IMG/VR virus record: IMGVR_UViG_3300036783_000100
Span: 1-42,535 of that record
Length of the DNA: 42,535 nucleotides
Reading direction: 5' to 3' (one strand)
Origin: a virus
Taxonomy: Duplodnaviria; Caudoviricetes
Of this stretch, positions 34,800-42,535 are shown piece by piece. The notes under the pieces were generated by a model. It did not search any database and was not told the DNA's origin. It saw nothing but the letters and a program-made list of their open reading frames with translations. Every line of letters begins with the position of its first letter. Positions within the stretch are counted from its first letter, which is position 1. Both the position numbers and the translations under genes were made by a program.

Positions 34800-37051
34800 C
34801 AGAACGTCCCCATGTCGAAGGTTACGCCGTCGATCGTGCCGCCCGTGATCGCCACCGCGTTCGCGGCTTGCAGCGCCAGCGAACCCAGCCCGGTAATAGC
34901 GGCGTTCGGGATGCTCGCCGAGGCGGTGAACGCGCCGGTGCCGTTGCCGAACAGATAGCCGCTCAGCGTCGTGGCGCCGGTGCCGCCGCGGGCAACAGCA
35001 ATGGTGGTGGCGTTCCAGGTGCCAGTGGCAACTGAACCCAGCGTGACGATCGAGGTCTGCCCGACATACGCCGCATCGATGTCGACGCCGGAGCCGACCA
35101 GGATGCGCCCGGCAGTACCGACGGCACTGATCGTGTTACCGACTTTTGTGAGACCGTTGCCGGCGGTGATCGTCGCGGCCTGGGAGAACTGCACCCAGGT
35201 GATCGCCGTCGTGCCAAGCACGCCGCCCGCGACCGAGGAACACGTCCACGAGCTGTTGATATTAATATTGCCGCCAGAGACGAACACATAGGCCTGCGGC
35301 ACCTCGGCCCAGGTGTCCATGTCGGTGGCGCGCGTCCAGGCGGTGGTCGCGGCTATGTATATACCGTTGTTCTGCTGGAGCGTCTGGTCTTTGACCAATA
35401 CCCGATCGCCGGCAAGGGTCGTGTAACCATCGATCGTCTGCAAGCCGCTCAGCGTGATGTTCGCACCAGCCGTCGCCACCACCACCGCGCCCTTGGCCGA
35501 CAGTCCCTGCGCGGTCGTGTCGACGTAGTGCTTGGTTGCGGCATCCTGCGGATTGAGCGGGTCCAGCAGGTTGATCAGATATTGGTTGTTCCACGACACC
35601 GACGCAGTCGGCACTGCCTGCTGGTCCTGGCGCACTGCCATTGCGAACGCAGTGGTGGCGAGTGCCAGGGTGTTGTTGCCGCTGGCCTGAGTGATACCCG
35701 TCGTGCCGGTCGGCAACGTTGGCGTGCCGGTAAACGTCGGCGACGCCAGCGGCGCGTATCCCGTGATGACCGCACCGCCAGGGATCGTCACCGTGCCGGT
35801 AAATGTCGGGTTATTGACCGGTGCGCGCGACGTGTCGACCGGATGTACGTGATCGACGCGCGCCCAGGTGGTGCCGACGCCGATCGATGCCGCCCCGTCC
35901 ATCAGCGGCAGGACGGAGGCAGCGATCGGCACCGCGTTCAGCACGTAGGCGGTCGTGGCAATCTGCGTGGTATTGACGCCTACGCCAGCCGTAGGCGCGG
36001 ATGGAACGCCGGTGAATGCGGGTCCGGCCAGTAATGCGCCGCCGACCCCCGTCACGTCGGCAACCGTTAGAACCACGGCGCCGCTGCGCGTGTTGAATGT
36101 CTGCACTCCGGCGGCGGCAGAGGCAGCCATCGCGAAAGCGGTGGTCGCGAGTTGCGTGGTGCTTGTGCCCGGCGCGGCTGTCGGCGCTGTTGGTACGCCG
36201 GTGAGGGGCGGTGAGGCCAGCGGAGCATAGGGCGCCAGCAGAGCGGTAAAGCCTGCACCGCTCACCGTACCGGTGGAGGTAAGGCTCGCCAAGGTGACGG
36301 TGCCAGTGAACGTCGGCGAGGCCAATAGCGCGCCGCCAGCCCCCGACACGTCGCCCGCCACCATAGTCACCGCGCCGCTGCGGGTATTGAACGTCTGCAC
36401 ACCTGCGGCGGCAGAAGCGGCCAGCGCAAACGCGGTCGTCGCCAACTGCGTGGTGTTGGTGCCTGGTGTGGCCGTAGGCGCGGTGGGGATGCCGGTGAAT
36501 GCAGGCGCGGCCAGCAATGCGCCGCCAGCCCCCGTCACATCGGCCGCGCTTAGTGTCACGGCGCCGCTGCGGGTATTGAATGTCTGCACGCCGGAAGCTG
36601 TGGCGGCGGCCAGCGCGAACGCCGTCGTGGCGAGTTGCGTGGTGTTGGTGCCAGGCGAGGCAGTCGGCGCCGTTGGTACGCCGGTGAATGTGGGCGCGGC
36701 CAGTAATGCGTAAGGCCCGAGCGTGGTGGTGATCTGAGCTGCGGTCTGAAATCCAGACGGGTTGCTGGCAGCGTAACGGGTGGTATCGGTCGGATGCACG
36801 TGATCGCCGCGCGCCCACGCTGTGGCGACGCCTGCGGCCGCAACGCCATCCATCGCCGGCGTAAGGCCGGACGCTATGCCGGGACCGCCGACCGCGACGA
36901 TGACCGACGCGGAGCCGCCGGAGCCGCCGGTGCCCTCGCCATAGTAGAGGACATGATCGACTTCGTTATAGGCGAGCTCTGCGTTGGCGAGTGACGATGG
37001 CGCGCCAGGCGATCCGGTTACCCGCCGTTTGATGCGAAGAACGTCGGCCAT
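34799..37051 (-). CDS. Tail/head fibre protein with about 63-aa internal repeats
   Basis: Repeats of LLAAPxFTGxPTAPTAxPGTNTTQLATTAF..GVQTFNTRSGAV; DAATKHYVD; ITLSGLQTIDG...GDRVLVKDQT...NGIY. Confidence 0.8.
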   Translation of the reverse strand: MADVLRIKRRVTGSPGAPSSLANAELAYNEVDHVLYYGEGTGGSGGSASVIVAVGGPGIASGLTPAMDGVAAAGVATAWARGDHVHPTDTTRYAASNPSGFQTAAQITTTLGPYALLAAPTFTGVPTAPTASPGTNTTQLATTAFALAAATASGVQTFNTRSGAVTLSAADVTGAGGALLAAPAFTGIPTAPTATPGTNTTQLATTAFALAASAAAGVQTFNTRSGAVTMVAGDVSGAGGALLASPTFTGTVTLASLTSTGTVSGAGFTALLAPYAPLASPPLTGVPTAPTAAPGTSTTQLATTAFAMAASAAAGVQTFNTRSGAVVLTVADVTGVGGALLAGPAFTGVPSAPTAGVGVNTTQIATTAYVLNAVPIAASVLPLMDGAASIGVGTTWARVDHVHPVDTSRAPVNNPTFTGTVTIPGGAVITGYAPLASPTFTGTPTLPTGTTGITQASGNNTLALATTAFAMAVRQDQQAVPTASVSWNNQYLINLLDPLNPQDAATKHYVDTTAQGLSAKGAVVVATAGANITLSGLQTIDGYTTLAGDRVLVKDQTLQQNNGIYIAATTAWTRATDMDTWAEVPQAYVFVSGGNININSSWTCSSVAGGVLGTTAITWVQFSQAATITAGNGLTKVGNTISAVGTAGRILVGSGVDIDAAYVGQTSIVTLGSVATGTWNATTIAVARGGTGATTLSGYLFGNGTGAFTASASIPNAAITGLGSLALQAANAVAITGGTIDGVTFDMGTF

Positions 37052-37582
37052 TTAAAAATTCCCCGCGTCCAGAAGATCTTCGGTGATCGCCAGCACGCGG
37101 GACCAGGCGGCGTCCACACGTCCGTAGGTCAGATGGTCCATTGGCGCCTCGGCGAAGCCCACGCCGGGCGGCCCTGGAGGCCCCACGGCTCCCGGTGGCC
37201 CAGGACCACCGGACGGGCCTGGCGGGCCTGGCGCGCCTATCGGGCCAGGGGGTCCGCCTGGGGTTCCCGGGTCGCCCTCCGGTCCCTGCGGCCCGGCTGG
37301 GCCGGTGGCGCCTGGTGGCCCTGGCGGCCCGCGCCAGTCATCGTCAATCGGGTCGGGCGGCACATCTGGCGGCAGCGGATAGCCGGCGAAGTCGAGGCCG
37401 TCTTCGGTGACCGGCTGCGTGACGTACGAAGGGGGCGGCGAGGGAGTTGCGGGAGTGCCGGGATACCCGACAAAGTCCAGCCCGTCATCGAACGAATTGG
37501 CAGGCGGCGGTGCTGCTGGTGGCGTGGGCGGCGTGGGCTGCGGCAGTGGGCCGCCGAAGTCCAGGCCGTCATCAATGCTCAT
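37052..37582 (-). CDS. Collagen-like protein
   Basis: Three (D/E)DGLDF motifs, Gly-X-Y run, [11 protein letters not shown] tail. Confidence 0.75.
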   Translation of the reverse strand: MSIDDGLDFGGPLPQPTPPTPPAAPPPANSFDDGLDFVGYPGTPATPSPPPSYVTQPVTEDGLDFAGYPLPPDVPPDPIDDDWRGPPGPPGATGPAGPQGPEGDPGTPGGPPGPIGAPGPPGPSGGPGPPGAVGPPGPPGVGFAEAPMDHLTYGRVDAAWSRVLAITEDLLDAGNF

Positions 37583-37793
37583 CACGCATCTCAGTGCCCA
37601 CGCCATTCCCGCGCGATCGGATCTGCTCGGCAGAGGCCTGCGCCTGCTGCATGCATTGGCGCTGTATGCCGTCCACCAGCGGGCCGTAGAGCCGCAGCGG
37701 CTCGCTCAATTTGTCCAGCACGACGTTCCACTGCGCAGCCGTCAGCGTTACGGTCAGCGGTACGTCATTCGGTATTTGCGCTGCGTCGCTCAT
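37572..37793 (-). CDS. Small fibre-associated chaperone-like protein
   Basis: [20 protein letters not shown]...IQRQ; directly follows a fibre gene. Confidence 0.6.
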   Translation of the reverse strand: MSDAAQIPNDVPLTVTLTAAQWNVVLDKLSEPLRLYGPLVDGIQRQCMQQAQASAEQIRSRGNGVGTEMRDEH

Positions 37794-37800
37794 CCGGTCC

Positions 37801-39474
37801 TCACGCTGTTGTCGAGTCCGTCACCAGCCCATACGCGGCGAGCGCGGTCAGCAGCGACGCCAGCGCCGCGTTGGAACCTTTGGCGCCAGTGACTGTGGGT
37901 TTCGCAATGGGGACGGTGTTATTGAAGCCGATATTGGACTGCACGCGCACGCCACCCGTCCCCTGACAGAGCAGGTTTAGGTTGACATTGGCATCGACCC
38001 CCACGGTGGAGATTAGTGGCGTGCCACCTGCTACCGTCGGGGTGATACGAACGACGTTGTTGCTGGCAACAGGACCGCCCGCCTGGATTATCGACGTGCC
38101 GCCGGTGGACAGCAGGCCGCCAACCGCCAATGCGCCGCTCGTGGCGATGGCACCAGTCGCTCGCGTGATATTTATAGGTGTGAAGAGAACTGCTCCGGTG
38201 TCGTCGTAACAGTTTAGGTTGAAGTTGCCTCCCGTATTGCTGCCGGTCTCGGCGTTCACCATCCCCATATTCCAACGCTGGCCGGAAGCAGCGGAGGTGT
38301 CGGAATACCATCGAATTTGCCGGGCACTCGCGTTCGTGCCGAGTATCGTCAAAGCAAGCGTAAGGGCCTGCGTATTGCCGCCGCTAGTCAAACCTGCTGC
38401 ACCTAAGATATTGCCGGATGCTACGACGTTATTCGTCACGGTCACTGCCGTTCCCGCCGCTGAGAATGTCACAGCACCGGTAAACGTCGGCGCACCGGCA
38501 AACGATCCGGTCAACGTGCCACCACCACTCAGGGTCACTGCACCCGAGTAGGTGTGTGTTCCAGCAAAGGTGCCGGTGAATGTGCCACCAGTAAGTGTAG
38601 CACCGGTAATCGATGCGCCATTGGCCATCGTGACCAGGCCCGTCGCCCTGGTAACAGTGAGCGCATTGCTGACAAACGCTCCGGTATCGTCATACCGGCG
38701 CAGCGACAAGTCCGCTCCGGCATTACCCGTGCCCGTCTCGGTGCCTACCAGCATCAAAATCCAACGCGATGCTGCGGTCGGTCCGACAGTCTGAAGGTTG
38801 GTTGTCCATGTGATCGAACGTTGACTGCTAGGGGCGCCGTTGATGGTGATACCCATCTGCCCGCCGACTTGCGAATCCAGTCCAAAGGTGGTGCGTGCCT
38901 GGTACGGGATGGAGACTATGCCATCCGATCGGCGAATCCAGAACGGCGACCCGGTATAGGTTCCGGTATCGTCGAAGCGGTTAAAATACAAATCGCCATT
39001 GGCCTGTGCGCCGGTTTCAGCCGCCGTGCTAATTAACATCTGCCAGCGCCGCGAGCCATTGGTACTCCAGCCGAGCGTGCGATCCACGCCCGTGGGTCCG
39101 TCTATCGTGATGGCCGAGTTATTCCCTATGAGGGACGGTATTGGGCTTGCAACTATCAACGGCGCTGTCGCAGTCAATGGCCCGCTTAGTGTGCCTCCGC
39201 TCAGCGGCAACACCTGGTTCCACGCGGCATTCAGCCGCCCGTAAGCTGTGCCGTCGCTCGGCGCGTCGGCCAACGAAGGTGGGCCTTGGGGACCGACAGG
39301 ACCGGGCTCTCCCTGGGGCCCAGCGGGACCGAGAGGACCAGTCTCTCCCGGCGGGCCTTCGGGACCGACAGGACCAGTGGGCCCCTGCGGACCTGGTGGG
39401 CCCACCCAGCGCTCCGGATCGGGCGGGCCCGTGTCTGTTCCTGGGTAGTCGCTATAGTGGATCTTGTAGGCCAT
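37801..39474 (-). CDS. Collagen-containing tail fibre
   Basis: Gly-X-Y repeat, [11 protein letters not shown], three RW...ETG.N.G..L..YDDTG...I.R.TG repeats. Confidence 0.8.
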   Translation of the reverse strand: MAYKIHYSDYPGTDTGPPDPERWVGPPGPQGPTGPVGPEGPPGETGPLGPAGPQGEPGPVGPQGPPSLADAPSDGTAYGRLNAAWNQVLPLSGGTLSGPLTATAPLIVASPIPSLIGNNSAITIDGPTGVDRTLGWSTNGSRRWQMLISTAAETGAQANGDLYFNRFDDTGTYTGSPFWIRRSDGIVSIPYQARTTFGLDSQVGGQMGITINGAPSSQRSITWTTNLQTVGPTAASRWILMLVGTETGTGNAGADLSLRRYDDTGAFVSNALTVTRATGLVTMANGASITGATLTGGTFTGTFAGTHTYSGAVTLSGGGTLTGSFAGAPTFTGAVTFSAAGTAVTVTNNVVASGNILGAAGLTSGGNTQALTLALTILGTNASARQIRWYSDTSAASGQRWNMGMVNAETGSNTGGNFNLNCYDDTGAVLFTPINITRATGAIATSGALAVGGLLSTGGTSIIQAGGPVASNNVVRITPTVAGGTPLISTVGVDANVNLNLLCQGTGGVRVQSNIGFNNTVPIAKPTVTGAKGSNAALASLLTALAAYGLVTDSTTA

Positions 39475-39486
39475 CCCGAGAGCACC

Positions 39487-40131
39487 TCAGAAGTACGTTG
39501 CTCGCACCGCCTCGCCACTGCTGGGCATCGCGATGTAGCGGTAGATCGCGATCATCGCCGCAGCGGTATCGCGGGCGTCGGTGTCCATGCCGAACAGCGG
39601 TGCCAGGCGATCTGCTGCCAGCACGGCGTAGCTATTGCCGACCGCATCGGGGATATCCAGGCTCGTCCATCGCGCGCAGCCGCGCATCACCAGGTCGTCG
39701 TGCACCGCTTGCACCGCTTGCTGCGCGTTGTCGTCGGCCGACAGCACCATCGCGCCCTTCTTCACCCGCGCCTCGAGCAGCGCCACCAGCGCCGGATCGA
39801 CCTGCTTGCCGAAGCTGCTCGCCGCAACCGCAGCCGTCAGCTTCACGTACTCCTCGGCAAAGGCGCGTGGCATGGCAGTGCTGTCCCACCAAACGACACC
39901 CTGGGCATCGAGCGCCGCATGCACGCTCGCCACCTTGTCCACCACCAGCGCCTGGTCGCTGGCCGACGGCGTTTCGTCCGACGCGATGACGCCCAACTCC
40001 ACGAGTGCCGCGGTGGCGATCGTTGCCGAAGGCACCATTTCGGTCAGAGTTGGGCTGTCGTCGAGCGGCACCACGCGCACGCCCAGCCGACGCAGGGCCT
40101 GCTGGGCGATTGTGGAGACGCTGACGGTCAT
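39487..40131 (-). CDS. Head-tail adaptor (P22 gp4-like) with internal duplication
   Basis: TIAQQALRRLGV / TIATAALVELGV and two L...G..W....P......LAA....FG halves. Confidence 0.65.
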   Translation of the reverse strand: MTVSVSTIAQQALRRLGVRVVPLDDSPTLTEMVPSATIATAALVELGVIASDETPSASDQALVVDKVASVHAALDAQGVVWWDSTAMPRAFAEEYVKLTAAVAASSFGKQVDPALVALLEARVKKGAMVLSADDNAQQAVQAVHDDLVMRGCARWTSLDIPDAVGNSYAVLAADRLAPLFGMDTDARDTAAAMIAIYRYIAMPSSGEAVRATYF

Positions 40132-40328
40132 GGCGCGGCCCCGGTAGCCGCCCAGGCTTGGACCCCTGGACGGCTCCGTCCTACCGCTTCACAATGCGTA
40201 CCTGGACTTTCACCAGTATGCGCACCAAGATTAACGGCAGGAACTTCAGATGGGTGCAATCCATCCTCGTTCCTCCGGAACGCCGTCGGATCAGCCCGGC
40301 GGCGTTTTCCGTTTAGCACGTCACTCAC
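40128..40328 (-). CDS. Hypothetical protein
   Basis: 66 aa; overlaps both neighbouring genes. Confidence 0.45.
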   Translation of the reverse strand: MSDVLNGKRRRADPTAFRRNEDGLHPSEVPAVNLGAHTGESPGTHCEAVGRSRPGVQAWAATGAAP

Positions 40329-40837
40329 CGATGCGCGGCCTGGCCGCCGCTCATGCTGTCGGGCGGCTGGATCGGCACATCGGCCGGCTCGGTGATAAGC
40401 CCCGCGGCGAGGCTGGAGACGCGCGAGGCGGCCCCAGCACCGGGCTGTGCGTGTGCCGCCGAGATGTCGGCGTTGGCCTTGGCCTGCGCCTCGGCTGCCA
40501 TCTGCCGTGCCTTGCGCACTTCCATCGACGGCGGGGGCCCGGACGGCGACAGAGGATCGAGCCCGAGCGCGATCAGGTGCGCATCGCGGGAGACGGTGTT
40601 CTCCTCGATGGTGCCGCCGGCGCCACCGCGTGCGCCTAGCGAGCCCTCGCCGTTGTAGTCGAGGATGATCTGCGCGCCGATGCTGCCGAACGCCTGCGTC
40701 TCCCGCAGCTCGGCCCTGGCCTTGTCGGATGCCTGGCGCTCGGCGGCAGTGGGTTGCTTCGGCGCCTGCTGCTGGCGCTGTTCGCGCTCGTGCCGTTCGC
40801 GCTCGTGCTGCTCGTTGTCGTGCTTGTCGTTTGCCAT
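40325..40837 (-). CDS. Hypothetical protein downstream of capsid
   Basis: AAGGAGG SD; MANDKHDNEQHERE... Confidence 0.7.
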   Translation of the reverse strand: MANDKHDNEQHERERHEREQRQQQAPKQPTAAERQASDKARAELRETQAFGSIGAQIILDYNGEGSLGARGGAGGTIEENTVSRDAHLIALGLDPLSPSGPPPSMEVRKARQMAAEAQAKANADISAAHAQPGAGAASRVSSLAAGLITEPADVPIQPPDSMSGGQAAHR

Positions 40838-40847
40838 TGCTGCCTCC

Positions 40848-42210
40848 TTATGCGTCGGCCACGGCGGTGGTGAAGATGGTGAATATGCCGTTGTCGACCG
40901 GCTTCGTTGTGTCCACCGTCGGATCAACACCGAAGCGCAGTTTGCCGATGCCGCGGATTTCCTGCAGACCGACGCCGTGCATATATCCGTAGTCACGGGT
41001 ATTGGTCGTGGACTTCATCCGCTGCGCCCATGCGCAACCCAATGCCTGCGCGCCGCACAGGAACGAGGCCGCGACATCGACGCCGCCGGCACCGGCACCG
41101 GAAATGGTGACCAATTCGGGGATCTCACGGATGATGATGCCGTCGTAAATCAGGTCGCCACCGGTAAACAGCGGGTTATCCGTCCCGCGGTTCCACGCAT
41201 ATTGCAGCGCGTTGGTCAGCACCGGGTCGAGCAGCAGATCGCGAAACACCAGGCTCGGCATGAAGCAGACGAACCATTCCTCGTCGTCGTTGACGGTGAT
41301 GGGGCGGATGCGCGGATTGGCGGTGCGTGCCATGCGCTTGGCCAGCGTGAGGATCGCGGTGCTCATGCGGTCGCCTGGCGATGCCAGTGTGAGCAGCGCG
41401 GTCGCCATGACGCCGGATGCCGCGTTGGCCTTCTGGTGGCCGAACAGCACGCGGTCGGCGTTGTTGACCATCCACGTATTGCGCTGGCCGGCGGTGGCCG
41501 CGCCGTAGCTCACCTGCACGTTGTTGTCGGCGGTCATCGCCCCGAACGAGGTGATGATGTCCGTCCGCATCTTCTCGAGTTCCCAGGTCATCAGCGCCTC
41601 GCGCGCTGCCTCCCTGAGATCGACCACCGACTTCTGCTCGTCCCAATCACTCACCGCGACGGCGTGCCGGAAGGCACTGACGACGAGGTTCATCGAGCGG
41701 AGGTTGAGGATTTCCTCATTGCCCTCCAAAATGGTGTTGCCAGTAACGCCCGCGCCAACCAGCCGCCGCAGCGCGGGGAAGACGACGGTGTCGCCGGATT
41801 TGCGGGTGAGATCCTCGCGCACCTGGATCAATGATCCGGTGCTGGTTCCCATGTATTTCGCGAACTGATTTCGCTTTGCCTTCGCGCCGGATCGCTAGTC
41901 CGACACCGCCCTGCCGGGGCTGCTACCGATCGCTCGGTAGATGAGACCATATCACCACCCACTTGGGGTGCCGGGCGCTTCGGGCCGCTTGGCCCTACGA
42001 GCTTTCGCTCTGGTCGTTGCACCTTCCGCCTTGCGGCGGCTTGGCTCAGGATTGTCTGCGAGAGAGGTTCCCTGAGTTCACCCGGTTATCGACATCCATT
42101 ACTGGACGAAGGCGCCGAAGCAGTTAACGCACATATTCGCTAAAAAAATCCGAATCCCATATAAGTGGAGTTAGCCCTTGTCTGGCCGGCGTCACGTTCA
42201 TGTCTGCCAA
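40848..42210 (-). CDS. Major capsid protein (N4-gp56/DUF4043-like), split: exon 1 42127-42210, exon 2 40848-41873; 369 aa spliced
   Basis: IQVREDLTRKSGDTV, LEGNEE, RHAV, NPLFTG, LCGAQA motifs. Joining the exons reproduces the 1-351 allele exactly (TTG start, AAGGA SD). Confidence 0.92.
41874..42126 (-). ncRNA. Group I self-splicing intron (253 nt, no ORF, with P7.1/P7.2, IA-like)
   Basis: Exon ends in U and intron ends in G. P1 with U.G, P10, P3 CCGGGUG/CGCCCGG, P4 CUCAGG/CCUGAG, P7 GACCA/UGGUC, P8 and P9 can all be paired. Absent from allele A. Confidence 0.93.
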
Positions 42211-42455
42211 CGGAGTGTTCCTTTACTTCGAGGTTACGGGGTTGCTTCGGATATTTACTTGTCGGCAACGCCCGTAACCTCGGCGGCAGGAGACGCCCGT
42301 TAAGCCCGGCGGCGGCTTGCACTGATGACGCGCAGTGCGACGCGGAACGCCCGTTGCCCCCGGCGGCGGGGTAGGCACTTAGGCGAGGCCGGCGCCGCGC
42401 CAACAGCAGCCGGCCTCTAACCAACGCGAGGGAGTGAAGCCCGCGCTGGTTTTCG
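42211..42455 (-). ncRNA. Structured capsid mRNA leader, allele B
   Basis: Same three motifs (42348-42371, 42294-42318, 42269-42290). Flanking hairpins are diverged in sequence but keep their pairing. Confidence 0.7.
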
Positions 42456-42535
42456 CTACGCCTGGCGCCGCGCGTGCTGCGGCCTACGCAGGATGTCGTC
42501 CATTGAGGGCGGCCCGGTGAACGCCGTTGTGGTCC
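42456..42535 (-). CDS. Scaffolding protein 3' end (duplicate of 606-685)
   Basis: Identical to the end of the scaffold gene. Confidence 0.85.
   Translation of the reverse strand, partial: TTTAFTGPPSMDDILRRPQHARRQA

Larger units (their letters stand above)
41607..42535. repeat. Terminal redundancy, allele B (intron-containing)
   Basis: Homologous to 1-685. Confidence 0.95.

Noticed and set aside
33886-37051. Diversity-generating retroelement suggested by the duplicated fibre N-termini
   Set aside because: No reverse transcriptase, and no template/variable repeat pair differing only at adenines.
40848-41852. ORF-track 334-aa capsid starting at Met 41852
   Set aside because: It lacks 35 N-terminal residues present in the intron-less allele; the true gene is split by the intron.
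41828-42022. 64-aa ORF inside the intron as a homing endonuclease
   Set aside because: Too short, no LAGLIDADG/HNH/GIY-YIG motif, and it runs through the catalytic core.
1-42535. tRNA or rRNA genes
   Set aside because: No cloverleaf or rRNA-like segment was noticed by eye; tRNAscan was not run.

Overview
This window is an apparently complete, circularly permuted genome (about 41.6-41.9 kb, GC-rich) of a podovirus-like tailed phage. Its host is probably an alphaproteobacterium, based on a GcrA homologue and a PEP-CTERM protein. Most genes are on the minus strand: terminase, P22-like portal, scaffold, N4-gp56/DUF4043-type major capsid protein, adaptor, fibres/spike, tail hub, ejection proteins, and replication/regulatory genes. 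A plus-strand early arm carries a cI-like repressor, Gp157-like, ERF, HNH and PEP-CTERM genes. The two ends (1-685 and 41607-42535) are two different alleles of the same capsid locus, which allows a direct comparison. Main results: (1) one allele has a 253-nt ORF-less group I intron in the major capsid gene and the other does not; (2) the capsid 5' leader contains three tandem copies of a small pseudoknot-like motif, and the third copy is mutually exclusive with a long hairpin that buries the capsid ribosome-binding site in both alleles, suggesting a translational switch; (3) an ejection protein fuses a SleB-like cell-wall hydrolase to an SGNH esterase; (4) two putative glycan-degrading proteins share an N-terminal peptide. 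No integrase or canonical lysis cassette was recognised. All family calls are by-eye motif recognition, not database searches.
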